This document shows positions 1 through 60,792 of a stretch of 64,000 nt of DNA, in pieces. This stretch comes from Eledone cirrhosa (Eukaryota). The translations under genes and the position numbers were made by a program. The stretch covers positions 14,136,001 to 14,200,000 of the forward strand of contig OZ024760.1 in NCBI GenBank assembly GCA_964016885.1, given 5' to 3'. The stretch's first letter is position 1; every line of letters starts with the position of its first letter. The notes under the pieces were generated by a model. That model worked only from the letters and a program-made list of their open reading frames with translations. It was not told where the DNA came from and did no database searches.

Positions 1-47665
<47,665 letters not shown>

Positions 47666-47762
47666 CTGAAATATAACAGAGAAAGGAGAAACAGTGAGAG
47701 AGAGAGAGCTGGGGAGTCGAGTTAACAAAAAAAACATATGATATTAAATAACATAGTTAAAT

Positions 47763-48094
47763 GGAGGCACATGGCTTAGTGGTTAGAGCATTGGCCTTGC
47801 AATCGAAAGGTTGTGAGTTCAATTCTCAGGCTGGGTGATGTGTTGTTTCCTTGAGTAAGACACTTTATTTCACATTGCTCCAGTTTACTCAGCTGTAGAA
47901 ATGAGATAATAGGGACTGGGGTCCCTATCATTCCACTGCAAAGTGGTCGTGGAGGTGCCACGGCAAAAAAGCACCCAGCACTCACTGTAAATGAGGTTGG
48001 TGTTAGGAAGGGCATCCAGCTGTAGAAATCAAGCCAGAATCAGTTCCCGTCCCACCCTTGCAAGCAGGGAAAAGTGGACGTATGATGATGATGA
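47763..48094 (+). mobile_element. Apparently full-length tRNA-head SINE with CORE-like central domain and RTE-derived tail
   Basis: A box TGGCTTAGTGG, B-box-like GAGTTCAATTC, CORE-like CCTTGAGTAAGACACTTTATTTCACATTGCTCCAGTTTACTCAGCTGTAGAAATG, tail CCCACCCTTGCAAGCAGGGAAAAGTGGACGTA(TGA)n. Confidence 0.85.
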
Positions 48095-48273
48095 TATACA
48101 TGTTAGCGTGGAAGATAGACGTTAAACGATGATGATGATGTTTATGTGTGTGTCTATGTACACACACACACACACGCACACACATACAAAGGAATGGGCA
48201 AAGGCTTCAAAAACATTGTCTTTGTTGTTTTAGTTTGGATTGCTTTGAAAACATAACCTTATTATGTAATGAA

Positions 48274-48348
48274 GCTGTCTGATGAGATCATGGCACTGGT
48301 TGCATGGAATCACGTGGCCACTGTCATCATTGAAATATGTATCACAGC
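48274..48348 (+). ncRNA. Type I hammerhead ribozyme motif with ~21-bp imperfect stem II; homologue at 22287-22359 (-)
   Basis: GCTGT-CTGATGA-[long hairpin, GAAT loop]-GAAA-TATGTAT-C|ACAGC; AUC triplet; AATAAA follows at 48355-48360. Confidence 0.72.
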
Positions 48349-48439
48349 CTTATCAATAAAGGACTTTAACATCTGAAACTACTTCGCATTTTCTTATTCT
48401 ATACATATATATATATATATATATGTATGTATATATATG

Positions 48440-48494
<55 letters not shown>

Positions 48495-48873
48495 CATCAT
48501 CATCACCGTTTTACGTCCGTTCTTCCACGCTAGCATGGGTTAGACGGGTTGTCCTGTTGTGGGCAGTGTCCGGTCGGCTGACCTTGTCTTGCTCATACAG
48601 GAACTGATTCTAGCTTGATTTCTACAGCTGCATGCCCTTCCTAACACCAACCTCATTTACAGTGAGTGCTGGGTGCTTTTTTTCCGTGGCGCCTACACGT
48701 CCACTTTATAGTAGGAGGGTGTGGGGGCATATTGTCAATATGCTTCACCTTGTACCCGTAGGGGGTCGGGTCTTCTGTATTACTGCGTGACGCCAGAAGT
48801 CACGGTCATGTGTCATCACCTTTGAGAGGTGTAATTGGGTAAGGTCGGCTTTTATCACCTCATCCCAGGTCTT

Positions 48874-48930
<57 letters not shown>

Positions 48931-49328
48931 GCACACATAGACATAAATAAGACTGTTATTGCTCCAATCAGTCTACTAACCCTCAGCAAACACCCTAGAC
49001 CAAGCACTAATCTGTACCCATGACTCATACCAAACCAAACCCTACTCACCCTCCAAATTCAACATATCAAATATGGTCCACCCCTCCACTCAAACTCGAC
49101 ATATGTAACTCAACCGCAACAGCCACCTACTGAGGATGAGACGTTATCAAGCTGCAGTTGTCATATTACGTAGTTTCTATATAATAAAGCCAAAGCTATT
49201 ATTATCTTATATATATATATGTGTAGGAGATCAATACAAATAGATATCACACTCATCCATTACCAAGTGTGTTAAAGCTGAATGCGTTAATCACATATGG
49301 AAAAACACAGAACATTATATATATATAA

Positions 49329-49503
49329 GGGCGGTGGATTGGCAGTATTGGACGCCATGGTTTCCAGCATAGAGTTACGTCCCTTTACGAACTGAGTTCA
49401 AATCCTGCCGAGGTTAACTTTGCCTTTCATCCTTACGGGGTCGATAAAATAAAGTACCAGTAATGTACTGGATAATTGCTGGCCTTGTGCCAAAAGTAGA
49501 AAC

Positions 49504-49508
<5 letters not shown>
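49329..49508 (+). mobile_element. Second tRNA-head SINE family (central GTTAACTTTGCCTTTCATCCTTACGGGGTCGATAAAATAAAGTACCAG; (ATT)n tail)
   Basis: B box GAGTTCAAATCC; more than 12 dispersed copies in the window, mostly on the minus strand. The central domain resembles a widely shared metazoan SINE domain (possibly Meta-type; from recall, needs a library check). Confidence 0.8.
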
Positions 49509-49548
<40 letters not shown>

Positions 49549-49780
49549 CATCATCATCATCGATTAACGTCCATCTTCCATGCTAGCATAGGTTAGACGG
49601 ATCCTATTTTGAGGCAAGTTGTGTCGAGTGACCGTGTCTCGCTCAAATAGGGGTGTTTTGGGCTGGTTTTCTATGGCTGGATGCCCTTCCTAACGCCAAC
49701 CACATTTACATATATATATATATATAGAGAGAGAGAGGGGGAGAGAGGGGGAGGGAGTGTGAGAGAGAGTCTGAGAGAGA

Positions 49781-50030
49781 TCACAGCTCTGATACTATGG
49801 GCATGTGGTTAGACTGTCTCAGAAAATAATCACTGGACAGATTTTACAGGCAAAGCCAACAGGTAGTAGACCCAGGGTTAGCCCTCAAGCAAGATAGTTG
49901 GATAGCATCCATGAGCTTGGCTGGTCACGCATGGGTATCCAGCCGGATCAGTTGGAGACGGTTGCTTCTGACAGGACCCACTGAGAACTCTGCCCCCACG
50001 ACCCTCTCAGGAATAAGTGGGTGAAGAAGA
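49781..50030 (+). mobile_element. Degenerate RTE (Expander/Rex3-like) 3' end with (GAA)n tail; other copies at 51890-52122 (+) and 42985-43445 (-)
   Basis: Remnant GHVVR..GRP..W.D.I..LPPRP coding signature shared by three dispersed copies; subfamily label is from recall. Confidence 0.65.
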
Positions 50031-51286
50031 TATATATATATATATATAAACATATAAACATTTATATATAAACAAGAAATGTAAGTCAACAGGTTAAAAT
50101 TAACTTTGTTATTCATAGTCACTGGTTATATATATTTTGGTGATAACCATTATGCAACAGCTATGACCTCATCAGACTGGCCTTTCCATTACTGATACTA
50201 TCAACCAGTCATGACTGGCAAAAGGAGCAATGCAAAATAAAGTGTCTTGCTCAAGGACATAACATATTGCCTGGTCCGGGAATCGAACTCACTACCTCAG
50301 AATTGCTCATCTAATTCTTTAAACCAGCCATATCCAGCCAGAATTCTCTCACCTCTTTCTGTTCAAACCAGCTGTAACTGACAGCTCGTACTGATGTTAA
50401 GGTATTGTTCTCAAATTAGATAATATCAAAATCTCATAGAATCGATATTATGTGAGATAATTATGAGAGGTAACACCTTTACCATGAAAATACAATAGTA
50501 AATAGAGAGTAATGTAAATGTTATGTGAGATAATTATGTGAGATAAAGCCTTTACCATGAAAATACAATAGTAAATAGAGAGTAATGTAAATGTTATGTG
50601 AGATAATTATGTGAGATAAAGCCTTTACCATGAAAATACAATAGTAAATAGAAAGTAATGTAAATTTTATGTGAGATAATTATGTGAGATAAAGCCTTTA
50701 CCATGAAAATACAATAGTAAATAGAGAGTAATGTAAATGTTATGTGAGATAATTATGTGAGATAAAGCCTTTATCATGAAAATACAATAGTAAATAGAGA
50801 GTAATGTAAATGCTAAAGGGTTAACCACTAAGCAACCCACCTTCATACACTTTCCCTGTTTACCCCAATTTCACCCCAGGTTTTGACCAATCTAAGGTGA
50901 TGTTCAAAAGACATGTTCAAAGTGTGCAATGAAGTGAGACAGAACCTGAAACCAAGTGATTGGGGAGTGGAATCTCCCGACCATGTGGCCATGCCTGCAG
51001 ACATAGAACAAGAGTCAGTGAAGTGTGAACAAAACTAAATGAGAAATTAATCAATAAATTAAATAATACACTTTGTTTAAATGAGATAGCGATGACGAGA
51101 TGAATGGGTCAGTGAACATGGAGCTCTAATTGGATTGATGTGTGGATCAGAGATAAAAGTACACACATAGAAACACATACACATACACACACACACATAT
51201 GTACATGCACACACACACACACACATACATATATACATACACACACATAAATACAAATAGACATGCACACATACATATATACAAAA

Positions 51287-51321
<35 letters not shown>

Positions 51322-52499
51322 TATACATACACACACGTTTGTATATACACATGTACATAAATACACAAACACATGCGTATATACAAAAATATATATATAC
51401 ACACAGATAAATAAACATATATACACATACACATATATACATACACACGCATGCATGTATTTTTTCTCATGAGTCAGCAAGGCAGCAAGAAGGCAGTTGA
51501 TTGGAAGTCTAGAAATAACAGCCAAATCTACCTCAAAAGCCTATATAGTCTTAAAGCAAAGAAGTATATCTATACATTAAATAGTATAATCACAGATGAA
51601 ACACCATTGATCATATTCCAGTTCTTATTAGCTAACCTTTCATCTAAAATTGCAGCTCTCATCTCTCAAAAAATGTCTCTCTCTCATCTTCAATACTTAT
51701 ACACTACACCTTCATCTAAAATTGATGCTAATACATCGCAAAGATTTGTCTCTCTCTCATCTTCAATACTTATACACTACACCTTCATCTAAAATTGATA
51801 CTAATACATCGCAAAGATTTGTCTCTCTCATCTTCAATATTTATAAACTATGCTACATCTAAATTTGACATCATCACAACTCCAAAACTACAGACGTGGT
51901 TAGAATGTTTAAGAAAAGAATAACTGGACAGGTTTTACGGGGCAAAACCAACTGGCAGGAAGCCAGAAATAGACCCCGAGCAAGATAGTTGGTTGGTTGA
52001 TCTTGCTTGGGGATCCAGCCAATTTTTTTAGAGGCAGTTGCTTCTGTGAGGACCATCTAGAAGGCATATCTGATGACTCTGCCCCTACTACCCTCTCAGG
52101 AATAAGTGGGGAAAGAAGAAGACATCTTAAAAATTATCTTTTCTCATCATCAAATTCTTATTAGCTGAGCTAAACATTAACAATTTTGATACCAAACTGC
52201 CTGTTGTTTTACGATATAAAACTTTTTATTTTATAGTTTTTATATTTATCTAAAAACAAATTTCCATCACAATTTTATGTAAGAACCTTTAGCATTTACA
52301 TTACTCTATATTTACTATTGTATTTTCATTGCAAACACTTTATTTCACATAATTATCTCACATAATATCAAATCTATGAGACTTTGATATTATTTATTTT
52401 GAGAACAATACTATAAGTACAAGCAGCTGGTTATAGCCGGTTTGAATAGAAAGAGATGAGGGAATGTTGGCTGAATACAGCCGGTTTAAATGCTAAAGG

Positions 52500-52980
52500 G
52501 TTAAGTTATGCTCCAAACACCAGCTTAATAATGAGAAAAATAATTATATTACTAAATACCTCAAAATTCTCGACAATTTTCAAAATGATTTGAATATCAT
52601 AGGTAGTGTCTTTCAAAAATTAATGTGGTAAGGAAAAGGCTTAGGGTTTATATCCAAAAATCTTCCATCACAATTTTGTATAAGAACCTTTAAGTTATGC
52701 TCTGAATACCAGCTTAATAATGAGAAAGTTAGTGATATTAACTAAATACCTCAAACTGATTTGAATAACATAGGTAGTGTCTTTCAAAAGAAATATGGTA
52801 ATGAAAGGGCTAAAGCATTTATATCTAAGAACCTTCCATCACAATTTTGTATAAGAACCTTTAAGTCTCCAAATACCAGCTTAATAATGAGAAAGTTAGT
52901 TATATTACTAAATCCTTCAAAATGATTTGGATAACATAGGTAGTGCCTTTCAAAGGGAATATGGTAATGAAAAGGTTAAT
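52500..52980. repeat. ~150-190-bp degenerate tandem triplication
   Basis: CCAGCTTAATAATGAGAAA and CATAGGTAGTGTCTTTCAAA each recur three times. Confidence 0.75.
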
Positions 52981-53344
52981 AAGCTAATCTTTCATGTTCA
53001 GTTGATAGCATCTCATTTCAAAAATTAGTTTCTCTCATCTTTCAAATTTTATTAACTAAGCTTTCATCACCTGTTGACACCATCACATCTTATCACAAAT
53101 TCTGGAGCTGTTGCTAATTTCTGTTCCTGTTTATTCTGGTGCCAAATATGTTCTCTACCAACATATTCTGCTGTGCCTGTAGCTCTGTGACATTAGTTTT
53201 CAGCTGATATCAATGTTAAGAGGCAACGTGTGAAGAATTTCATTTGTTTTTGCAACTAGCTAAGCTAGCTGGTTTCTCTCTATTCAACAAACACCTTTCT
53301 TTGTGTGAAGAAAGCAGTAGAAAATGTTACCAATTTTCACCAAG

Positions 53345-53384
<40 letters not shown>

Positions 53385-53539
53385 TTTTTCTTTTGGTGGA
53401 GTGAGAGACTCCTAGTCTTCATTAAGACATCTCTCTAGAAGGTCACTTTGATATAAAATTGAGTTGCAGCCATCATCTATATGTATATATATAGTCATTT
53501 GACAATGCCATGCTGGGGCACCGACTGTAATGGATTAGG

Positions 53540-53888
53540 GAGCTGAACCAAATGCATTAGAGAGTTGAACTAAACACATTAAAGAGCTGAACTAAATGCA
53601 TTAGAGAGTTGAACTAAACACATTAAAGAGCTGAACTAAACGCATTAGAGAGCTGAACTAAATGCATTAGAGAGCGGAACTAAACACATTAGAGAGCTGA
53701 ACTAAACGCATTAGAGAGCGGAACTAAACGCGTTAGAGAGCTGAACTAAACGCGTTAGAGAGCAGAACTAAACACGTTAGAGAGCAGAACTAAACACGTT
53801 AGAGAGCTGAACTAAACATGTTAGAGAGCTGAACTAAATACGTTAGAGAGCTGAACTAAACACATTAGAGAGCTGAACTAAACACATT
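53540..53888. repeat. 22-bp minisatellite (GAGCTGAACTAAACACATTAGA), about 16 units
   Basis: Direct inspection. Confidence 0.95.
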
Positions 53889-55007
53889 TGATGTGAAAGG
53901 ATTAAGCTAAAGTAAAGAACCCACTCCATGGTCAATAGAGGCTTTGTCTGACGCAATGAGAGAATCAATCAATCAATCGCTTCGAGGAATATAGCTGATA
54001 GACTATTGAACACTCACGCATTATGGTAATACTGTTGATACTACAGAAAATAATAACAATACAACACCATATATACTACTACTACTACCACCACCCCACC
54101 ACCACTACTACTACCACCACCACTACTACTACCACTATTACCACCACCATCACTACTACTACTACCACTATTACCACCACCACTACTACTACTACTACTA
54201 CAACAACCACCACCACTACTACTAATAATTGTTTCTACTTTTGGCACAAGGCCAGCAATTACCCCTCAGTGCATTACTGGTACTTTATTTTATCTACCCC
54301 GTAAGGATGAAAGCAAAGTTAACCTCGGCGGGATTTGAACTCAGACCTTAAAGGGACGTAACTGTGCTGGAAAGCATGGCGTCCGACCTTATACTGCTGA
54401 AGTCCAATAACAACAACAATCACATCAGTTAATCTATTATAAAGAGGCTTAATGCTAATACAATGATTTCATGGTTGGACCAATACCACACATACACATA
54501 CATACATGCATACATACACAAACATACACACATACAGCCACAAACACATGCACACATACAGGGACACACATATATACATACAGACACACACAAGGACACA
54601 CACACACATACATACACACACACATGCATATATGCACACACACACACACATAGAGATGCACACACACACACATGCATACACATACATACAGAGATACACA
54701 TATATACATAGACACACACATACATACACACATGCATATATGCACACACACACAGGGACATACATACATAGAGACAGACGCACACACACATGCATACACA
54801 TACATACAGACACACATGCACACACAAACTCATACATACATGTACTCATGCACACATACATACACATTTCTCCAAATCAGATTTTCACACATGTAGACAA
54901 AGCTAATATAGAATTTTTTACAGCCTATATTTATACATGCATAATTACACACACACACACATATATATATATATATGTTTATATAGGTGTATATATATGT
55001 GTATATA

Positions 55008-55049
<42 letters not shown>

Positions 55050-55167
55050 GCTAGTGTGGAAAATGGACGTTAAATGATGATAATGATGATATATATACAC
55101 AAATATACATGTATGTATATGTGTATATGTATATATGTATGTATACATATATACATATGTATATGTA

Positions 55168-55362
55168 TAACGAAGGAAATGTGGTAAGGAACCAGGTGGA
55201 CCATAACGCACCAAAGTACTCAATACTTAGGGTAGTAGAGTGGGTAATAGGAACGAGTAGGACCCCGGTGGCTGAGCTCAAGCCGTTTCGACGGCTAATT
55301 CAGTCCAGAATTAGCCGTCGAAACGGCTTGAGCTCAGCCGTCGGGGTCCTACTCGTTCCTAT
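55168..55362. mobile_element. Fold-back (palindromic) Penelope-LTR-like element; copies at 38529-38762 and 3841-3960
   Basis: 116-bp near-perfect hairpin 55247-55362 containing a hammerhead 3' half (GAAACGGCT tgagctc AGCCGTC); three dispersed copies bounded by (TA)n-rich sequence. The Penelope assignment is inference. Confidence 0.6.
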
Positions 55363-56438
55363 ATGTATATGTATATATGTATATGTGCATATATACATAC
55401 ATGTATATGTATATATGTATATGTGCATAATACATACATGTGTATATATATACATGTATATGTACATAATACACACATATACATATACACACGTATATAA
55501 ATATATATATACACATATATATATACACATATATATACACATATATAAATACACATATATGTATATATGTATATTTAAACACACACATATACATACATAC
55601 AGTAATGCTGATATATACACATAATTACAGTATTAAGAAGGATAGAAGTAGCTTCTAGAACGTCTATAGATATTTATAGCAAAACAACAACAACAACAGA
55701 CTCAACAAGGGAGCCTTTTCTGTGGTTATTTGTTCTGCTAGAAACAACAGCCAAATTTCCCTCAAATCACATCACATAGTTTTAGTATAAGTAAAGATAC
55801 CATTGGATATTGTAACCCAGGAAAAAGAAAGACTAGGTGTTCATGGCTGGAATGACTTTGATCATAGGTCTGCTCAGTAAGGGCTGACCTGGGGCTAAAT
55901 AACAAGTGGAAAAGAGGCAGCCACCACAAGGCAGGAAGAAGAAGAACAACATTTATGTTGATCAGCAAACATAAAAACTAATTGCAACAGCAACAACAAC
56001 AACAACATTACCACTAACAACCCACACCACCACCACCACGACCATGACCACCACCCCCTCCAACACTACCACCACCACTACCATGACCACCACCCCCTCC
56101 AACACCACCACTACCATGACCCCCCCTCTCCAACATTACCACCACCACCTTCAACACCACCACTACCATGACCACAACCACCACCAACATTACCACCACT
56201 CCCACCATCACTACCACCACCACTACTACCATGACCTCACCCACCACCATCAACCCTCACCATTCACACTATCACAATCAGCATCATCTCTACCACACAA
56301 TCACCACCACCACCATCATCAACAATAACAAAGGTGTTTAAAGATATTTATTGATTTCCTAATTAAAGGATCAATTCCAATTAGAAGAGATAAAATAAGT
56401 GTGTAAAATCAGCAAACATGATCAGCACAATTATTGAC

Positions 56439-56478
<40 letters not shown>

Positions 56479-57811
56479 TATATGTATGTGTATATATATA
56501 TAGATATATGTGTGTGCGTGAGTATATATATATATTTATATATAGCTATACTTATTTATATATATAAAAATATATGCATATATATATATATATAAATATG
56601 AAAATATATATATACACACACATATATATATATACACACATATATATATACACAAACATATATATATATATTGCACACAAACACACATATACACACACAA
56701 ACATATATATATATAGAAACATATACACATACACACACACACATAAAATGCACTCAATACAGTCGAAAGAGTGTTAGTGCTGGTGCCATGATAAAATACA
56801 CCAACTCCACACAGTAAGGAGTTTGACATTAAGGGACTCCAGCCGTAGAAACCATGCCAAATATAGAAGATAAGAAGAAGATGAGGTCTCTCTGACCTCT
56901 GTAGTCACCGACAGGTGACATAACAGCATCTTTGAACTATACCAGCGTGGAAAGCAGATGTGAAATAATGATGATGATGATGATGATAATGTTTCTACTT
57001 TTGGCACAAGGCCAGCAATTACCCCAGTGTATTACTGGTACTTTATTTTATCTACCTTGTAAGGATGAAAGGCAAAGTTAACCTCAGCGAGACTTGAACT
57101 CAGAACGTAAAGGGCCATAACTCTATGCTGTAACCATAGTGTCCGACGTTCTACCGATTCTGCCAATTCACTGCCTAATAATAATAATAATAATAATGGT
57201 TTCTACTATAGGCACAAAGTCAGCAATTTGAAGGGGAGGGGAAAGTTGATTAAATTGACCCTTAGTGCATTACTGGTACTTTATTTTATTGATCCCGTAA
57301 GGATGAAAGGCAAAGCTAACCCTGACGGGATTTGAACTCAGAACATAAAGGGCCATAACTCTACGCAGCAAAGCATAGTGTCTGGCATTCTACGGATACT
57401 GCCATGATGATGATGATGACAATGGTGAAAATAATGATTTCTGATTTGGGCACAAGGCCAACACTTTTTAGTCATGAGAAGGTCAATTAAATGGACCCCA
57501 GTGCATTGCTGGTACTTTATTTAACTGACCTCGTTGGGATGAAAGGCAAAGCTACGTGTGTGTGTGCGTATCATCATCATCATCATCATCGTTTAACATC
57601 CATTTTCCACGCTAGCATGGGTCTGGATGGGAATTGTCCCACTTGAGGCAAGATTGGTTGTCTTGCTCAGGACTGTCTGGCGGGTTTTCTACGGCTGGAT
57701 GCTCTTACTAACACCAACCACCTTTACAGTGTGAACTGGGAGGTTTTTACCGTGTTACCTACACGGCCACATTACAGCGTGGACTGTGTGTTTTATTGTC
57801 GTGACACCTGC

Positions 57812-57850
<39 letters not shown>

Positions 57851-57935
57851 GAAGTTAGATTTAATTTGTTAGGATTCCAACAAACTTAAAAGTTTATAAC
57901 TGATATAGAGCACTCAACAGTTTACTGGAGTAAAT

Positions 57936-58224
57936 ATTCAATATATTAATAAATGGAAACTATATTTATAAAACCATAATATATATATTTCAAGGGCAAT
58001 CAAGGCAATCTTGGTGCGCTTTCATCAGATAAAATACAAAATTTGTTTTATAAATAGTGACATAACCGTGGAAAACAACCTTGACGGTTAATTCACTATT
58101 TATAAAACAAATTTTGTATTTTATCTGATGAAAGCGCACCAAGATTGCCTTGGTTGCCCTTGAAATATATATAATAAAATAATTATGGTTTTATAAATAT
58201 AGTTTCCATTTATTAATATATTGA

Positions 58225-58226
<2 letters not shown>
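57936..58226. repeat. Long inverted repeat (~125-bp arms) carrying two opposed hammerhead motifs
   Basis: Left arm 57936-58060 pairs with right arm 58093-58226. Confidence 0.85.
58118..58180 (+). ncRNA. Type I hammerhead ribozyme motif; inverted partner at about 57980-58035 (-)
   Basis: ATTTTAT-CTGATGA-AAGCGCACCAAG attgc CTTGGTTGCCCTT-GAAA-TATATAT-A|ATAAAAT. Confidence 0.75.
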
Positions 58227-58273
<47 letters not shown>

Positions 58274-58299
58274 AGTCCAGCAGTCGGAAGTATGGGAGG

Positions 58300-58345
58300 G
58301 ATCGTCCTGATGAGGACCAGTTGAGTTTGAAATGCATTGATGATT
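58300..58345 (+). ncRNA. Type I hammerhead ribozyme motif (minimal, wobble-rich)
   Basis: GATCGTC-CTGATGA-GGAC cagttga GTTT-GAAA-TGCAT-T|GATGATT; stem III is the palindrome ATGCAT. Confidence 0.62.
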
Positions 58346-59225
58346 GTCCCCCTTGCTTCTGCTGGATGCCAGCAGAGGGCGATAGCCCCAGTGTTTTGCA
58401 TAGCAATAGCTTTCTAAATGTTTATCCATAAACATACCATATTTCTTTAGAAATACAAAATTTCAATACTTATTTGTATACAACTATGCATGAAGTTAAT
58501 TCCTAATTCCATTCTATATATATATATATTTGATTTCGCCAAATACTCCATTGGCAATTGACGTCATTCTCATGAACAGCGAAATAACCATTAAAAAAAA
58601 TGCTTGAAAATGACTTAGAAAAATTTTAATCACAATTTAATCCCAAAGAGAGAAAAATTTAAACCAAAATTTAAACCAAAATTTAAACCAAAATTTAATC
58701 CCAAAGAGAGGAAATTGGAACATTATCCACTCAAAGTTCCTTAAACCGTGAAAAAGGGACTTTTAGGTCTTGAAATATTGGACAGAAACAACAACAACAA
58801 CAATTACCTCATCTTACAGTCCATTTCGCATTGTTTAGCCTTCTATCTCTTTCAACGTTATATATATATAATTCTCGCTAGCTCTGATGAATTGACTGGT
58901 TATAACTATGTATTGGTGATCGATTAACGCAGAAACAGGCAGACAGCAATCTCTAGACCTACCAGTTCAGAGAAACAATTGTTAGCAATGTGATTAAAGC
59001 CCTTATTGTATAGCAAACCGTGTCACTCTTCTTTCTTGATTTATCATTACTCCAAGTGTAAACAACATAAAAATCACCGCGTACTCGCAACATCACTATG
59101 GAAATGCCTTGTTGAGTCAAACTTAGCCAAGCGTTGATACCATCCACTACTCGGAGTACCCTAACTGGACTACATCTAAGTGGACTACCTATAACAATAA
59201 TTTGTTATCCCGTATATATATATAT

Positions 59226-59473
59226 ATAGTTATGTAATAAACAACATAAGGCAATTATTCCATTTACCAGTGGTTTCTTAAAAGCAAAAAATTTTGCTTT
59301 CAATCATCAGAAAGAAAAAATCCTGGTCTGTTTATTAATATTGGATTTTAAAATCCAATATCAATAAACAGACCAGGATTTTTTCTTTCTGATGATTGAA
59401 AGCAAAATTTTTTGCTTTTAAGAAACCACTGGTAAATGGAATAATTGCCTTACGTTGTTTATTACATAACTAT
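59226..59473. repeat. 248-bp spacer-less palindrome (2 mismatches) of a dispersed repeat; single arms at about 19005-19140 and 16255-16312
   Basis: Arms compared base by base; centre between 59349 and 59350. Confidence 0.9.
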
Positions 59474-59534
59474 TAAGCTCTGTTACCTACATAGAGCACT
59501 CTTTTTTCCTGGACTTTTCCGACGGAATTACTTC

Positions 59535-59568
<34 letters not shown>

Positions 59569-60240
59569 GTGTGTGTGTGTCTATATATATATATTTTTTT
59601 TTTTCTTACTGGTAATAAGGTGGTAATGAATTACTGACCTTTCCTGTTTATAATTATATATAGTGTATAAGTATAAATAATATTATTATTATCATCATCA
59701 TCATCATCACCGTTTTACGTCCGTTCTTCCATGCTAGCATGGGTTAGACGGGTTGTCCTGCTGTGGGCAGTGTCTGGTCGGCTGACCTTGTCTTGCTCAT
59801 ACAGGAACTGATTCTGGCTGGATTTCTACAGCTGGATGCCCTTCCTAACACCAACCTCATTTACAGTGAGTGCTGGGTGCTTTTTTTCCGTGGCGCCTAC
59901 ACGTCCCCTTTATAGTGTGGGCTGGGTGCTTTTTTGCCGTGGCACCTCCACGACCTCTTTGCAGTGGGAGGGTGTGGGGGCATATTATATATATATATAT
60001 AATAATAACTAGAAATTGATTAACATATAAATAAACATGAATAATCACAGGAGATAATTTTTACAAGTGTGTAACCACACATAGCTAGGTAGGTAACTAA
60101 ATAAAGTTGACCAGAACTTCAAAAATAGATACCTTATAATATGATTAATCTTCCCTGTATATATTCCATGGCGCATGTCTTTCTGGCATGACACCCATAT
60201 TTTGATGTAGATTAAATTCATTTGATTTATCTTAATTTTG

Positions 60241-60275
<35 letters not shown>

Positions 60276-60540
60276 GTGTCTATATATGTATATGTATATA
60301 TGTGTCTATATATATATATATGTATATATGTCTATATACATATGTACATATGTCTATATATATATATGTATATATGTCTCTATACATATGTACATATGTC
60401 TATATATATATATGTATATATGTCTCTATACATATGTACATATGTCTCTATACATATGTACATATGTCTCTATATATATGTCTATATATATGTCTCTATA
60501 TATATGTCTATATATATATGTATATATGTCTCTATATATA

Positions 60541-60589
<49 letters not shown>

Positions 60590-60752
60590 GTCTATATATA
60601 TATATATATGTATATGTCTATATATATATATATATGTATATGTCTATATATATATATATATATGTCTCTATATATATATATATATATATGTCTCTCTCTC
60701 TATATATATATATGTCTATATATACATATATATGTCTATATATATATATGTC

Positions 60753-60792
<40 letters not shown>

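Noticed and set aside
47763-47835. tRNA-like A/B boxes
   Set aside because: SINE head continuing into a CORE-like body; no convincing cloverleaf.
58875-58976. CTGATGA ... GAAAC candidate hammerhead
   Set aside because: Stems I and II cannot be closed adjacent to the core; at most a heavily decayed remnant.
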